64,000 nt of DNA from the NCBI GenBank assembly GCA_047967505.1, contig CM106538.1; one strand, written 5' to 3'. The DNA comes from Dipteris shenzhenensis (taxonomy: Eukaryota). Under the pieces are notes generated by a model that worked only from the letters and a program-made list of their open reading frames with translations, was not told the DNA's origin and ran no database searches. The position numbers and the translations under genes were made by a program. Shown in pieces: positions 13,251 through 25,625 of the stretch (the first letter of the stretch is position 1; every line of letters starts with the position of its first letter).

Positions 13251-14489
13251 CTCTTGTGTAAACAACTCAATGAAGAGGCAATGTTTATATCTCTACTAAG
13301 CAAAACCGACAAAGAAGAAAACATGAAGGGTTTCTATCTGCATATGGCAAAATTAGCTACTCCAAAATAAGACAAAAAAACACTCAACATTAAGAGCACG
13401 GCAAGGTTATGATCAGTTGAAGAGTGGAAGCTAGATGAGGAAGAGGGTAGCAGAGCTGAGGGAGTTGTTACTCTTACCATACCAAGGTAGTTCACCCATA
13501 AAACAAAGGAAAATCCAATAGGTATCATTCCTAGAGGGCCTTGGTTGTCATTTTCAAAGCTCCTCTAGTGCGGAGTTTGAGATATGATGAAATTAGATCT
13601 CCACAAATACAAGGTAGGATAGGACCTCCTGAGCAATGGCAGTATGTCATCTATCATCGACCGCGGGCAAAGCACAACCTCCTTCTCAATGGTAGAATCC
13701 ATCTCCTCAATTACTATGCAAAGTCCTTGGCCCCTTGGGAATCCAGCCTCTCAATGCTTCTGTGAGCTCCTTGATCCAACTTCCAAGTGCAAGGCTATTG
13801 CATGCCTCGACTAATTCTCCACCAAATGTCTAGGTAGTGTGCCCCTTCAGCATCTCTGGTACCTCTTGTTGAGAAGTGGATGATCATAGCATCCATATTT
13901 AGTGATTCTATGTGGGAGGTAAATTTGAGTGGGTGTCTAAGATTGTAAGTGCTATGTGGCAACATATTGGCTACTAAGTTTTCTTTTTTTTAATTTAATT
14001 TATTTTTAAAAAATATTAACTTGCCGACTTATATTAACTGGGGAGGTCAATATCGAGAAAAAGACCATGTACAACAAGATGGGGATCCCACTAGGGCCCT
14101 GCCTTTTGGAATGTCATTATAAGTCTAAGTGTAAAGTTGCTTGGGGGTGTTGAGAAATGTGGTGCCATAGGATACTAAGAGAAATTATGTGATTGGTAGA
14201 GTAGATTGTGTCAATGGATTGATGACATGGGTACTGAAAAAAGATGATGTTGATCTTGTACTTACCTATTTAAGAAAACATCCTCTAATGAAATGATATT
14301 GCTTGTCTTTCACCTTCTATCTTATCATGTTGTTTCCTTTTGAGCCTCCCTAGGATTTTTGGCCCTGCTAGCTGAGTGAAAGAGACTAGAGAAAAAAGGC
14401 GAAAGGGTGTGTGTGTGTTTTTGGTGGATGGACGTGGGACGGGGCATTAAATAAAAGTGGAAACGGCTATTTTGGCAAGAGTGGTGTTA

Positions 14490-16680
14490 TACAATAGACA
14501 AAGAGAGCCTCCATCTCCAGACAGAAATACCCAATAAAGACAAAAGCATTTAAAACCTCCACAAGAGGACAAAAACTTGAGCCCAACAACACATTAGGAG
14601 CAGATTAGAAAGCCTTAAACAACCACTACACCAAAACTTAAACTGGTCAAGTTGACCAAATGAACTGAAAGAACTTGGATGGGCCTCATTAGCAAAAAAA
14701 CTAACCTATCCATCACTAAGGACCCTTGCAGGGCCAAAAAATCAGCCATCATAGAGCGCAAAGCCTACCCTGCCAATGCAATAAGGGAGCAAGACTAAGC
14801 TAGCATTACACACTCAAAACAAGGTTTCCTACTAGAGGATCTTTCTTCAAAACTATCATCCCCAAGGCCTGCAATTTCCTTACACTCACCAACTAACAAA
14901 GAGAGCCTAGATGCTATCGGAATAGGATCTCGGAAGACCAGCCATTTCCTCATAGTCTAGGCTGCCAGCATTATAAAAGCTCTAAGGTATGCCCAACAAC
15001 AAGCCAAAGTCGAGGGAAGCCTATTCAGATCTCCCAGCAACACCAAACGCCACTGCGCAACCGAGAAGCCCAACACCACACCAGTAGCTCGAATGGTACC
15101 CCCAACCTCACCCAAAGCTCATTGACAACCGGACAGAAGGTGAAGGATATTTTCCAGAGTAGCCCCACAAAGAGGGCATAATGGACACAATGATATCCAC
15201 TTCCAAACTTCCTCAAGGTGCAACCTCCACCAATTTGGAGACCTGCCCATATTTCACACCGCATTGAAATCATGAACCTCCATTCAACTCCTTAGCAGCT
15301 CCTTATAGCAATTTTTGGTCAAAATCTTCAAGAGAACTGTCTTGCCTATCCTCCATTGGTTCTCCCTCCACAGGAGAGAGGGACACGTGTTTGTCAGCTA
15401 GGACTGAGCAAGGCACCCACAACATAAGAGAGAAATCGAGCCTCTCCTACAGTGAGGCCATAATCTTGAACCAATAGATTTAAAGGCTTCCAAAAAGCCT
15501 GATGCACACCCCACGGGTCCTGCCAATGTCTCACGCCCTTCGTATGTAGAGAAAGGGCCTTTCTCAAGTCAAACAAAGCTAGCAGCTTCCCTTCCACCAC
15601 TGTTGCTGAACCCCACCAAATATTTTCATGGAGACTGGAGTCCCCTCTTAGCCCCTATCTACTCTTCCAGTTCATAATAGACATACATAGCTTCCAAGCA
15701 TCAATCAAGATGGATAGCAGATCCAAACCTCCAACCTTTAGCAGGAACAATGAGAGTATTTTGTCAAACCACAAAAGAAGGGGCCAAGTGCTAGTTCTCC
15801 TAAACGACACCTTCTCTACAAAATTATAGAGCAGTTCAGCCCATGGGGCTACACCTCTCAAAAATTTGGGCAACCACTTGACAGTAAGAGATATTTGGAA
15901 TGGCAATCCCTCTTAGGGGCCTAAAGCAACTTCCATGGGATATAATGCACTCCCAAATTCTTTGACCCAAGAAAAGCTCTCAGTAGCTTTTCAACCTCAA
16001 GCCAATGGGAATTCTTGAACTGCCATATTGATGCTACATAAACAATAGAAGTAGCCAATACATGTTTAATAATTGGGGCCTTTACGTTCCACCCCATCTG
16101 CAGACCACTCCATAACTGTAATTCCAACTTGATCTGGCCTTTGACCCAATTGAACCACTGGCATAAAGTGAGGCCAATGCCCTCCCCCCCATGTATCGAA
16201 CAATTCGGCCTCTAGGGATCCCAGCTCATAGACAATGATGATGCCCACTCAAGGAGAGGCTCAAGTGAAAGCCGCAAGGCATTCGTCTTCTTTAGACTAC
16301 AAACCAATATTGAGGCATTGTAAAAACACTGAAGCACTTGGAAAAGGTTGGTCACGCTCTATTGTGACTCATACACAAAGATCAAGAGATCGTTGGCAAA
16401 CATTTGAAGATTAAATTAGTTTCCTCTCGAAAGTCTCACACCCTTTATTAAGCCCTGCTCTGCAGAAAGCTTTACCATTCCAATCAAAGGAACTGTGCAA
16501 ACAACAAAGAGCAAGGGGGCCAGTGGGCATCCTTGTCTAATTGATTTGTAGAGATCAAATCTACCAACCACGCCTCCATTAATGCATAAGATCGAAGAGG
16601 CATTGTCGAACAAGGTGCAGACTTTCCTGACCAGCTTGGAACCAAACCCCAAATGCAATAGAACTAACTTGACAAAGTTA
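14490..16680 (-). mobile_element. LINE family C (L1-like), 5'-truncated and decayed
   Basis: SIRQGCPLAPLLF, QMFANDLL, YLGIP, VYVASIW and a C-terminal zinc-finger-like region; 3' sequence differs from families A and B. Confidence 0.82.
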
Positions 16681-16682
16681 AC

Positions 16683-17030
16683 AGGAAAGAGGATGAGCAT
16701 GGGTGGAAAAAGTGGCTTGCACCCGAGCTACAAGAAGTAGCCTTAAGAGGCAGATATACATGCCATGCAGATACCTATGCATTAGGATGGATCATTGTTG
16801 AGATGATTCTATTTTTTGAAGATGCCTGGGGTTATATTGAGAAGGATCGAAAAATGCGTCCGTCTCATGTTGCTAATGCCATTAAATGTCATGCACATGA
16901 AGAAATGATGCATCGCATTACCGATCAGAGGAAGCCGCCTACAGAGACCACTGATATCTTAAAGAGAGTGGAATGTGAGGGAGAATCGGCTACGGAAGAG
17001 ATGTCTCTTGCCCTTAGGCGTGCAACATAA
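16683..17030 (+). pseudogene. Protein kinase C-lobe fragment (from subdomain VIII on), truncated by a LINE
   Basis: Reading in frame upstream of ORF 16803 gives KWLAPEL...YTCHADTYALGWIIVEM (APE and DxYALG motifs). Confidence 0.6.
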
Positions 17031-17387
17031 GCCACATTTTTTGCCTTGTAATATTTTTGGGACACCATGTGTCTGTCAAACTTATCGTAATAAACTTCTT
17101 GTTCAAAAACAAAATTATTGGCTTTGAAAGCATTTATAATTCAAAAAAGATGTCATTTATATTGTGGATATACGGCCTTTTATATTTTGTAAAGATTGCA
17201 ACGTTTGAAAGCATTTATTCAAGATTGCAACATGCACATTTTGCATAGCATTTGTAACATCTTCATCTTTCATTAAGCATATTGTACGTGACATTTGAAT
17301 ATTGAATTTGATGCATGCAGACTTTGCATACTGCTTTATCTATATTGTGCTTTCCGAACTATAGTATTCGCACTACACTTTTGGAAA

Positions 17388-18620
17388 ATGTCACAAGGAG
17401 AGGATACTCCTTCGCATAGGGAGGAGGAAGTCTCCAGAAGAGCAGGCAAGTGTCCATTGACACAAGAGGAGGCTAAAGAGGAGGCTCGATGTGTCGAGCA
17501 TCAACGGTTACAAGTCGAGTGGCTATGCAGGGTTGCCAACGTAGCGCCCGAGGATGTGCTAGAGACTTGCACGTACATCTGTGTATGCTCAACCTAGACG
17601 TCTGTATGTTTAATAATTCAATTTATTTTTTTTGGGGCAGAAAAAGTTTTTGTTATATTAGGAAAAAAGAATAGCTTCTTTGAAAATAACAGAGATCCAA
17701 ATTGAGTCCAAGGTCATAAAGCCACCTTTACCTGAAAAAACAATTTGGCTTTTAATCCCTTCAAAAGCTGTCCAAAGAGAGACCAAAAGCTGGCTGCCTT
17801 TAGGTTTGCAGGGTTTTGGGTTACAAATAGCTAGATAGCATGGGGTAGTTTTTCCACTTGAGGACTCTGAGGGGTCTTAGGGAGCTGACATTCCTAAGGA
17901 GAAGTTGAGCAGTTCTTTATTGACATAGAATAGGCTGCTCTTAAACTCTCCTCAACTTGGATTTTAAAGGCAATGCTAAACCCTATTAATAATTCAATTT
18001 TTGTTTAAAGATATTGCCAATAAGTATTTGAATAGCAATTGACACCATGGGCGTTGGTTTTGCAGGCATGCAATGGAAAGAAGTAAACAAGCTGGTCTCC
18101 AAACAAGAGCTCTAGGCAATTTGGCCCTTATAGGCAGATGAAGAGGTAGCCTCAAGCAGTCAGGCAGGGAGATGCAGAAGAACAGAGGGAGATGGAAGCA
18201 CCCCAACCCAAGCTTTGGACTAGCATGGGATGTGGAAGATAGCCAATTGCCGAGACGAATGGATTCGACAAAATGCCAAGCAAATCTACATCGAGGTATA
18301 TGGAAAGCCCCCACACCATAATGAAGTGGCAATGTACTTCACCAAATTCTTGTACATGCACTTCATTAAGGGTATACAGGTGGACTTCTCCTCTTACAAG
18401 GACAAGCGTATGCGTGGTCATACAGAAGTGATAATCACCCAATCACAATTGTCCAAGGCATTAAAGGGTGCGGCCCACTGCAGCAACAAGTGGCGCAACT
18501 TCGCGAAGAGAACGTGGCCTGGTTTGAGCAAGTCCAATGCCTAGAGACTGAAAGACCGCGAACTGAGCCAGAGTTGCAGAACAAGATTATTGCTCTACAT
18601 GCCCAATTGATGAGCCTCAT
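17388..18620 (+). pseudogene. Transposon-associated ORF, probably two exons, disrupted
   Basis: MSQGEDTPS... exon, a TTTGCAG acceptor near 18065, then CRDEWIRQNAKQIYIEVYGKPP..NEV...F...Y......VDFS and a coiled-coil-like tail. Confidence 0.4.
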
Positions 18621-18728
18621 CACCTCTCAATGGTTGAGAGGGTGCAGAGCCTGGGTGCTCTTCACCTGTGGCCAGGGATGTAGCTTGCCCATAAGTTGTT
18701 ACAGCCTTCTTGTCCTAGCTCTTAGCCT

Positions 18729-19145
18729 TTATGACAAGGCGATCTGATGCAAGGACCCTACTCTTGTGCTTCTCCATTGTGTTAACTTAAAGACATCAAA
18801 ATCTTGTACAAGAGTGGGGTCTACATTGCATGCTTCATTGAAGCCGATGGTATTTGCACTGCCAATAAAGCTGTCAACCCAAAACATGGCACTTGTGTCC
18901 CATTGCACCCAGCTGGCAAGGCCATCATGACCTTCACACTGCAAACTGCACTTAGCATCATCAAGAATCCTCCTCTTTATATTGTGAACTCCCTCTAGAC
19001 TAGAAATGGTTGATTCCATCTCACTCTCCTCCATGTTGCACACCCTAACAAAAAAGGCATCGTGATTGCTTCTCATCACTCTCTTATGCTCATCCTTACT
19101 TAGCTCTTCCCCTACTTTTTGCTTAGTGCCGACGATTGAGGCCAT
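18729..19145 (-). CDS. Hypothetical 138-aa ORF, convergent with the previous ORF, probably TE cargo
   Basis: ATG-initiated ORF with protein-like composition; no recognised domain. Confidence 0.3.
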   Translation of the reverse strand: MASIVGTKQKVGEELSKDEHKRVMRSNHDAFFVRVCNMEESEMESTISSLEGVHNIKRRILDDAKCSLQCEGHDGLASWVQWDTSAMFWVDSFIGSANTIGFNEACNVDPTLVQDFDVFKLTQWRSTRVGSLHQIALS

Positions 19146-20006
19146 GCTTGTGAGTAGATCTTATGTGAATGTGTGGAAAGCTTTATCACTTGACATTAGC
19201 AAAGAGCTGCATTTGCCACACAATAGTGAGCATGCACACATCTGACAATAACTCTTGCCCTATGCATTCTTTCTTTTTTTCTTTACATGAGATGCAAATG
19301 AATTATCATGCATTGATGTAAAAGTTTGAAGATTTCCTAAGAGCTAATAACTTTCAATGCACCAAATGATCCTTTCAATGCATGCGTGCAACAAATGCTA
19401 AGTGAATTCTTAAAAATTTGACAAAACAATCCCCCCATTATGTGGAGATTCGAGGAAACCTGGATTTGGGCCATGGTTCCAACTAGGCCCCCATCTTGTT
19501 CAAGATGTAGGACTAGGAACCAATTCTTAAACCAAGCCCCTCGGCTAAGACTTGGAGAGAGGATGATTTTTATATCTTCTCAATCCACTTTTGGTTAAAA
19601 TGAGCCCAATGGTTGTCATATATTTTGGGCCGGTAGTATCATCGATGGTAATTTGTGTATTATCACCGATAATGATAGTACTAACCGCAGTAGTATGTCA
19701 ATCACTGCCAATAGCAAGACGATTCCTGGTGAGAATACTACAATGGGCTGTAATAATATTACCGGTAGTACTGTGCATACTACCACTGATAGGATTGTGT
19801 TAAAAAATCAATGTTAGTATCAGTACTACTGTCGGTAAGAGATTACCACCAGTAGTATTAATACTACCGTCAAAATATATCCAATTTCTAGGTAAGGGCC
19901 ACCTGATAGCGCAAAGGTGTGGTTGTGCCCATGATTGCATGAAATGCATCATCACAACATGTAATCACAAGAAAATTCATGTGATTACATGAATATGCAA
20001 TCCGTG

Positions 20007-20660
20007 GCCCCAAAAATTATCGTCGACATGTAAATCTATCCAATTGTAGAATCATAAGCTGCTAATTAATCTTTTGCCACCACAATGACAAGTAATTCTA
20101 ATTGCACTAAAAAAAGTTTCGCCCTAAATAGTAATCACATGCAAATCTAGCATGGAGTCACATGCCACCGTGGTGGCTAGTAATTAACATCATGATGTCC
20201 AAATAATCATAAAGGAGCCACCATGCTAGTGTTGAGTGGTAATTAAGTGGTAAATAAATCACATGCATGTCGGACTAAATTACTTATTTTGCCCCAGAAA
20301 TAATCGTCAACATGCAATCCTGTCCAAGTATAGAATCATACGCTACTATTTAATCTCATGCCATCACGGTGACTGGTAATTTCAACTGCACTAAAAATAG
20401 TTTTGCTCAAAAAATTATTGCATTCAAGTCCGGCATACAATCACGTGCCACCACAATGGCTGGTAACTAAGATCGGGACATTCAAATTACCATGAAGGAG
20501 CCGCCATGCTGGTGGATGGTTGTAATTAAATCACATGCATGTTGGTGCAGTGCATTGGTAGGCAAGATTTCCCACATCAAGTGGTGCTGTCCAAATAATC
20601 ATGAAGGAGCCGCCATGCCGATGAGAGTAATTAAGTGGTAATTAAATTGCATGCAAGCCC
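20007..20660. repeat. Diverged ~285-bp tandem repeat (about 2.3 copies)
   Basis: CCCCAxAAATxATCGTCxACATG at ~20007 and ~20292; CAAATxAxCATxAAGGAGCCxCCATGC occurs three times. Confidence 0.75.
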
Positions 20661-21072
20661 GATCAAAATTCAAGCTGCCAATTATTCACCTACCACTCAT
20701 CCAAATATGGCATCAAGAAGCCACCACGGTAATTGCTAATTAATTGCACTTCTAAGAACAAGACATGGTTTATCTGCCTCAAACAACCACCGTCGCATGA
20801 GTTAGACTACCGCGGTGGCCTTCACTCTAGTTAAGCCTCCAATATTCCATTCCATTCACCATTTCCAAATCCTTTCACTATCTTGTCTAATTACCACTTC
20901 ACCATTTCTAACTCCCTTCACCATCACCTCTCGAGCTTTCTCTGTTGCAATTTTCCTGTAACTTCTATCCCCTCTCATAATGGAGCCCCTCCCAAACATG
21001 TCATCCTGATCCTCCATCTCTGGATAGTCTGAGAGCGTCTCACACTATTTTTTCTCCCCCAATGTTGAAATT

Positions 21073-21423
21073 GTGACATGCAAGAGCTTCTCACATAATC
21101 ATTCCTCCCCTAATCTTGAAATTGTGACATTCAAGAGCTCCTCACATAGCCTTAGAAAGCTCGATTTGGATTCTCTCTCCAACTTCATCGAATTGATAGA
21201 TGAATTGAACGTGAAGGATGGATACATTGTCTATCAAACTCAGAATATTAACATTAATGAATGCATAATTAAAAAGGTGCTAGGAATTCCTGGAGGTGAT
21301 TTGCAAGCACAATTCTTGGAGAAGTCATGGAAGAGATCAGATATTATAGATTTAAACCCAAATGCTCAAATTAGTGCAGATGGTGAAGTCAAGGTTTGCC
21401 AACTGATGTTTAGGATATGTTGA
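21073..21423 (+). pseudogene. DNA-transposon-associated ORF fragment (plant-mobile-domain-like)
   Basis: ININECIIKKVLGIPGG resembles the I.IT...V..VLGLP.GG motif of Mutator/CACTA-linked ORFs. Confidence 0.45.
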
Positions 21424-21623
21424 AATAGACAAGGCAATACTTATCTTATATAGTTCTTGCATGTTCAGTCAATAGTAGAGCAATTGAGCTGGCGTACAAT
21501 CTCTTTCTCAAAGAAGGTGATCTGAAAGAGCATGATAACTAACTTGAAGAATTGCAAGGATGGCAAATCCAAATTGTCATCTCAGTCAATCAGAGTTACT
21601 TATGCACCTGATGGGGGTTTTGA

Positions 21624-23110
21624 GGACTCCATTTCCTAACACCCTCCCATGGAGGAAAGGTGAGTGACTACTGGAATGGAACCAAGAACAGAACATTACA
21701 ATGATTGTCATTGAATTGTGCAATGACAGTCTAGAACTAGACATGGCTCCCATGCTAACTTGGAGGATAGGGCCTTGGATCAGAGGCTAGTATGCATGGT
21801 ATAGACTCAGAGGCTCACCTAGCATGGCTCAGAGGCTCATCATGCATGGATGCATGACCAACTTAGAGGTCTAGGAGACCAATGCACCAACATCCTGAAA
21901 CTCACATGCCAGGCCTGATAAATAGACCTATCAAAGCCAATACATGGCTCCCACAGTACACTCCCCTCCTGGCTCTAGGGACTAATGAGGGACATGGAGC
22001 CACACATGACAAATATAAAATCAATACATCATTTTAGGAGGACTATCCAAGGCTAAGAACCTTTATTGACACCTCAAACATTCATTTTAGAGGGACTACT
22101 CAAGGAAGAAAACTTTATTGACCCCAATCATGGAAAATAAAAATATATTTAATTCATTTTATGCATAGCAAGGGTAGAGAACCCGTAAATGACCCCGAGT
22201 AGTTGTTGCACGTAAGAGTGCACATCCCGATCCAAAGAAGTATGTCGGTGAAGAATATGGTGAGGATGCCTTGAATGATATGTCGATGTCGGCCATGAGA
22301 GAAGCTATAAGGAGCAATCACATGATGACTCTCAAAATGACGCGATGTGAGTCGCCAAGATCAAAGTAGAGCCTCACATTTGAGCAATTATGCCCAAATG
22401 AATGTACCAAATAGTAATGAAATTACATCAATTTTGGGAAATCCCCAAAAAATTTACACGTGAATTATGCCAAAGGACTGCAAAAGTTAAAAAAGCCCTA
22501 AATTTTAAAAATTAAGGCTTTCAAAAATTTAGGGTTTCTCAAAATTTGTTGCACAAAAGTGTCCTAGCATTACTCAGGAGCCCTCTAATCATGAAATTCC
22601 CAAAAAATATTGAGTATCCAACCTGAAATTTCAAAACTCAACTTTTAGGTCAAAAAACACAATTTTGACTGTTTTTCTCAGATTTCAGCACTGGATTTGC
22701 TGTTTAGAGTGTATTCCAGTAGAAATAGAGGTGGACGACTGTAGAGATAAATACAGAAGAGCTGAAAAACCACCTTAATCAAACCCTTAATCATCCAAAA
22801 CAGTGTGGCTCAGCTGGTAGAGAGGCCACAAACTTGCTGAAAAAGGGGTCTAGAGTGAAGTTATTGCGATGAAGAGTTCAAAGACTAGTAGCTTCACCAA
22901 TGGCAGCAACTCCAAGCTTGAATTTTTTGAAGAAGAGCAACTCATGGAGAGGCTAACGGTGAGAAGAGAGCAAGATGGGGAGAAGGGAGTGGAAGGGAGC
23001 TCAATCATGGAGGAGAGGATGGCTTCCATTTGCGGGCTTCCCTTTGTTACAATAGAGACACCCCAAGCAATTGCTATCTTTAGGCGCTGCCCGCATGTCG
23101 ACTAGAGTTG
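21624..23110 (-). mobile_element. Non-autonomous LTR element remnant D
   Basis: GACTCCATTTCCTAACA plus a PPT matches the LTR start at 57044. The internal region matches 40770-41560 and 56650-57040. Confidence 0.75.
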
Positions 23111-23139
23111 ACCACATGTTGACCATGTGTCAACACATG

Positions 23140-25625
23140 TCCTCTTCCTATTTGTAGTGGAGGCTCTGGCTACTTTTTGAGATCATAGGTGCCGGGTCTC
23201 ATAGGGTTGAGGCTCCCAATTAGGCAAGAGGAGGAGCTCCTTGACCCAAAGTTTGCAGATGACACGGCCTTATATGTTGAGGGCACCACAGCGAGTCTAG
23301 AGAGAGTCAGAGGCACCTTGGCTATCTATTGTGAGGCCTCGGCGGCACAGATCAACTGGATGAAACCCAGAGGCTTCTTCACGGGCTTTGAGGAGACACA
23401 GGAGATCCGTGAGTGGGGGAGTGACTTTGGTTTCAGATGGATACCGCGGGGCTAGACAACAAGATACCTCGGATGCCAGGTGGGTATTGACATTACAATA
23501 GAGCAGCAAATTGCCGCAGTCCTTGAGAGTGTTCAGCGCAAGCTTCTCTATTAGAGCTCGGCCAAACTCTCCCTCGCAGGTCATGCCTTAGTGGCAAACC
23601 CGGTCCTTCTTGCCACTGCCTGGTATATTGCCTCCTGTTGGTGTTTTCACAGAGGATGCATTGGGCAGCTCCGATAGTTGATACAGAACTTCCTCTGGAC
23701 AGGTTCACACAGCACGAGGAACACTAGGGCCCGAGTAGCTTGGCAGATGGTGATCATGCCGCAAGCACTGGGAGGTTTGGGTATCATTGATCCGGAGATG
23801 TAGAGCAGGGCCCTTTTGGGCAAGCTGGTGGTTCGTGGCCTCACCCAAGCCTTGGAAGCTCCTCTTACAGAGAGGGCTTCTGAGGAACACCCCACGCACT
23901 TGGGGACAGTGGCAGCCTTCATATAGATGGATCTTCTCAGAGGCACCCCTTACGGGAAAGGGCTCCCCCCTGATGAGGAGCCTTCACAGGGTTTGGCAGA
24001 GACTAGCAGGGGGTCTCATATGTGCTCCGCCCAGATGCAGAGAGAAGTTCAAGCGTCAGCCCCTTATGTGGCACCCAGAGGTCGGAGATCAGGAGGGACG
24101 TATGCTTGGGCAGCGGACTCACATTGGTTGGGCACAGTGGGACAGTGGTCCAACAGGGTCCTTTGGTCACTGGAGCAGACTACCTATGGAGGCAGAGGTG
24201 AGGCTTGATGTCCTAGCGCATCTGAGCGGGACAGGGCAGCGGATGGGCGAGATCGACTTAGCCATTCCTGAGTCCTGGTATTAAGGACTTCACATTTGGA
24301 GAGACAACAGATGGCTGGGGCAATTTTCCGGTACTGGTGTTCCCTTGAGGATTTTGATGCAGCACGACAGCACGCACCCCAGCTTCTTCCATGTAGGACC
24401 TGGAGGCCTACTGTAGCCCCTCACTGGGAGTGACCCTGAGATGGATGGGAGCCTTGATGGGATACACTAGTAGATGATCAAAGTGGTAGGACGCTTGGGG
24501 AAGGAGTGGCACATCAATCCTCCCAGTATCTCAAAGCAGGACGCCTCTAGATGGCACCTTTGGCTATGGGAGGGTAGACCCCTGAGGGAGGTCTAGTGGG
24601 ACCCCGGGGAGTGGTTCTAGCCCTCCAAGGGTGGCCTAGCTAAGACAATAGATGAGGTACCTTTCTTTTCCTACACCACACGGATTGGCAGGAGACTTCA
24701 GATGGACTCGTCGAGATGGACTCCCTCGAGGGAGAGACACTGGGAGACCCAGAGAGTGCCCCGGGATGTTCGCTCCAGGTTTTGGACATGGTTGTGGTCT
24801 AGCTTGCGGTTGAGGAAGATTTCTTACTTCTTCTGGCTGGCAGCCTACAGAGGCTTGCCCATCGGCCCGTTGTTGGGGCAGATGCGAGTGGAGGGGCAGT
24901 GCCATTGCTGCTCAGATGGTGTCCTAGAGACTATCCCACACTGCCTATGGAGCTGTCGTAGCGCAGCGAGGATTTGGATGAGAGCCTCAGGATCATGACA
25001 CACATGCAGAGTCTTCACAGAGACTACGCCTGGGGGATGGTGGCTTGGTTGACAGAGGGAGGACATGCGTTCCAGATTGATGAGATCTCCCCAGCCTACC
25101 GGATACAGGGTCAGAGCATTCAGAGGATTGCACTCCACGAGGAGCCCCCCCTAACGCCCTAGCTCTTCCTTCCCCTAGGGAAGACAGTGTTTGGGAGGTG
25201 GTAGCCAGCATCATGGCTTGGAACATTTGGGTGGCTCGCTACAATCTCATGATGGGAGAGCACCCAGTTCCACCCTCGATCACCTTGATTGCCATCTGGC
25301 AGGATATCATTTACACTCTACGATCCACCTGGGAGCATGGGACTCTAGGCTCCAGGGCGACTATTGAGAGGCGTGCACATTTCTACAAGGCTTGGCCTAC
25401 ATCTTCACTCCGCGAGGGATTTGCTGGCTGTGTAGTCCCCCCACTTGGCTGTTAGCCCCAGTTCCCGAGATCCCCTAGGCAATGAGCTGGGCTTCTCTGG
25501 AACAGGCCAGTTTTTCTTTCAGCCTTTTTCGATTTTTTCATACTCAGCACCTTTGGGGCTGTTGTCTTGTATGAAATCTTTCAAGCATTAATAGAAGGTT
25601 CCTTTCTTGGGGGAAAAAAAAAAAC
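23140..25625 (+). mobile_element. 5'-truncated LINE family A with poly(A), abutting the copia integrase
   Basis: KFADDTAL, GGLGIID and the zf-RVT-like CHCC..ETIPHCLWSC, followed by the 3' UTR and A-tail. Confidence 0.9.
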
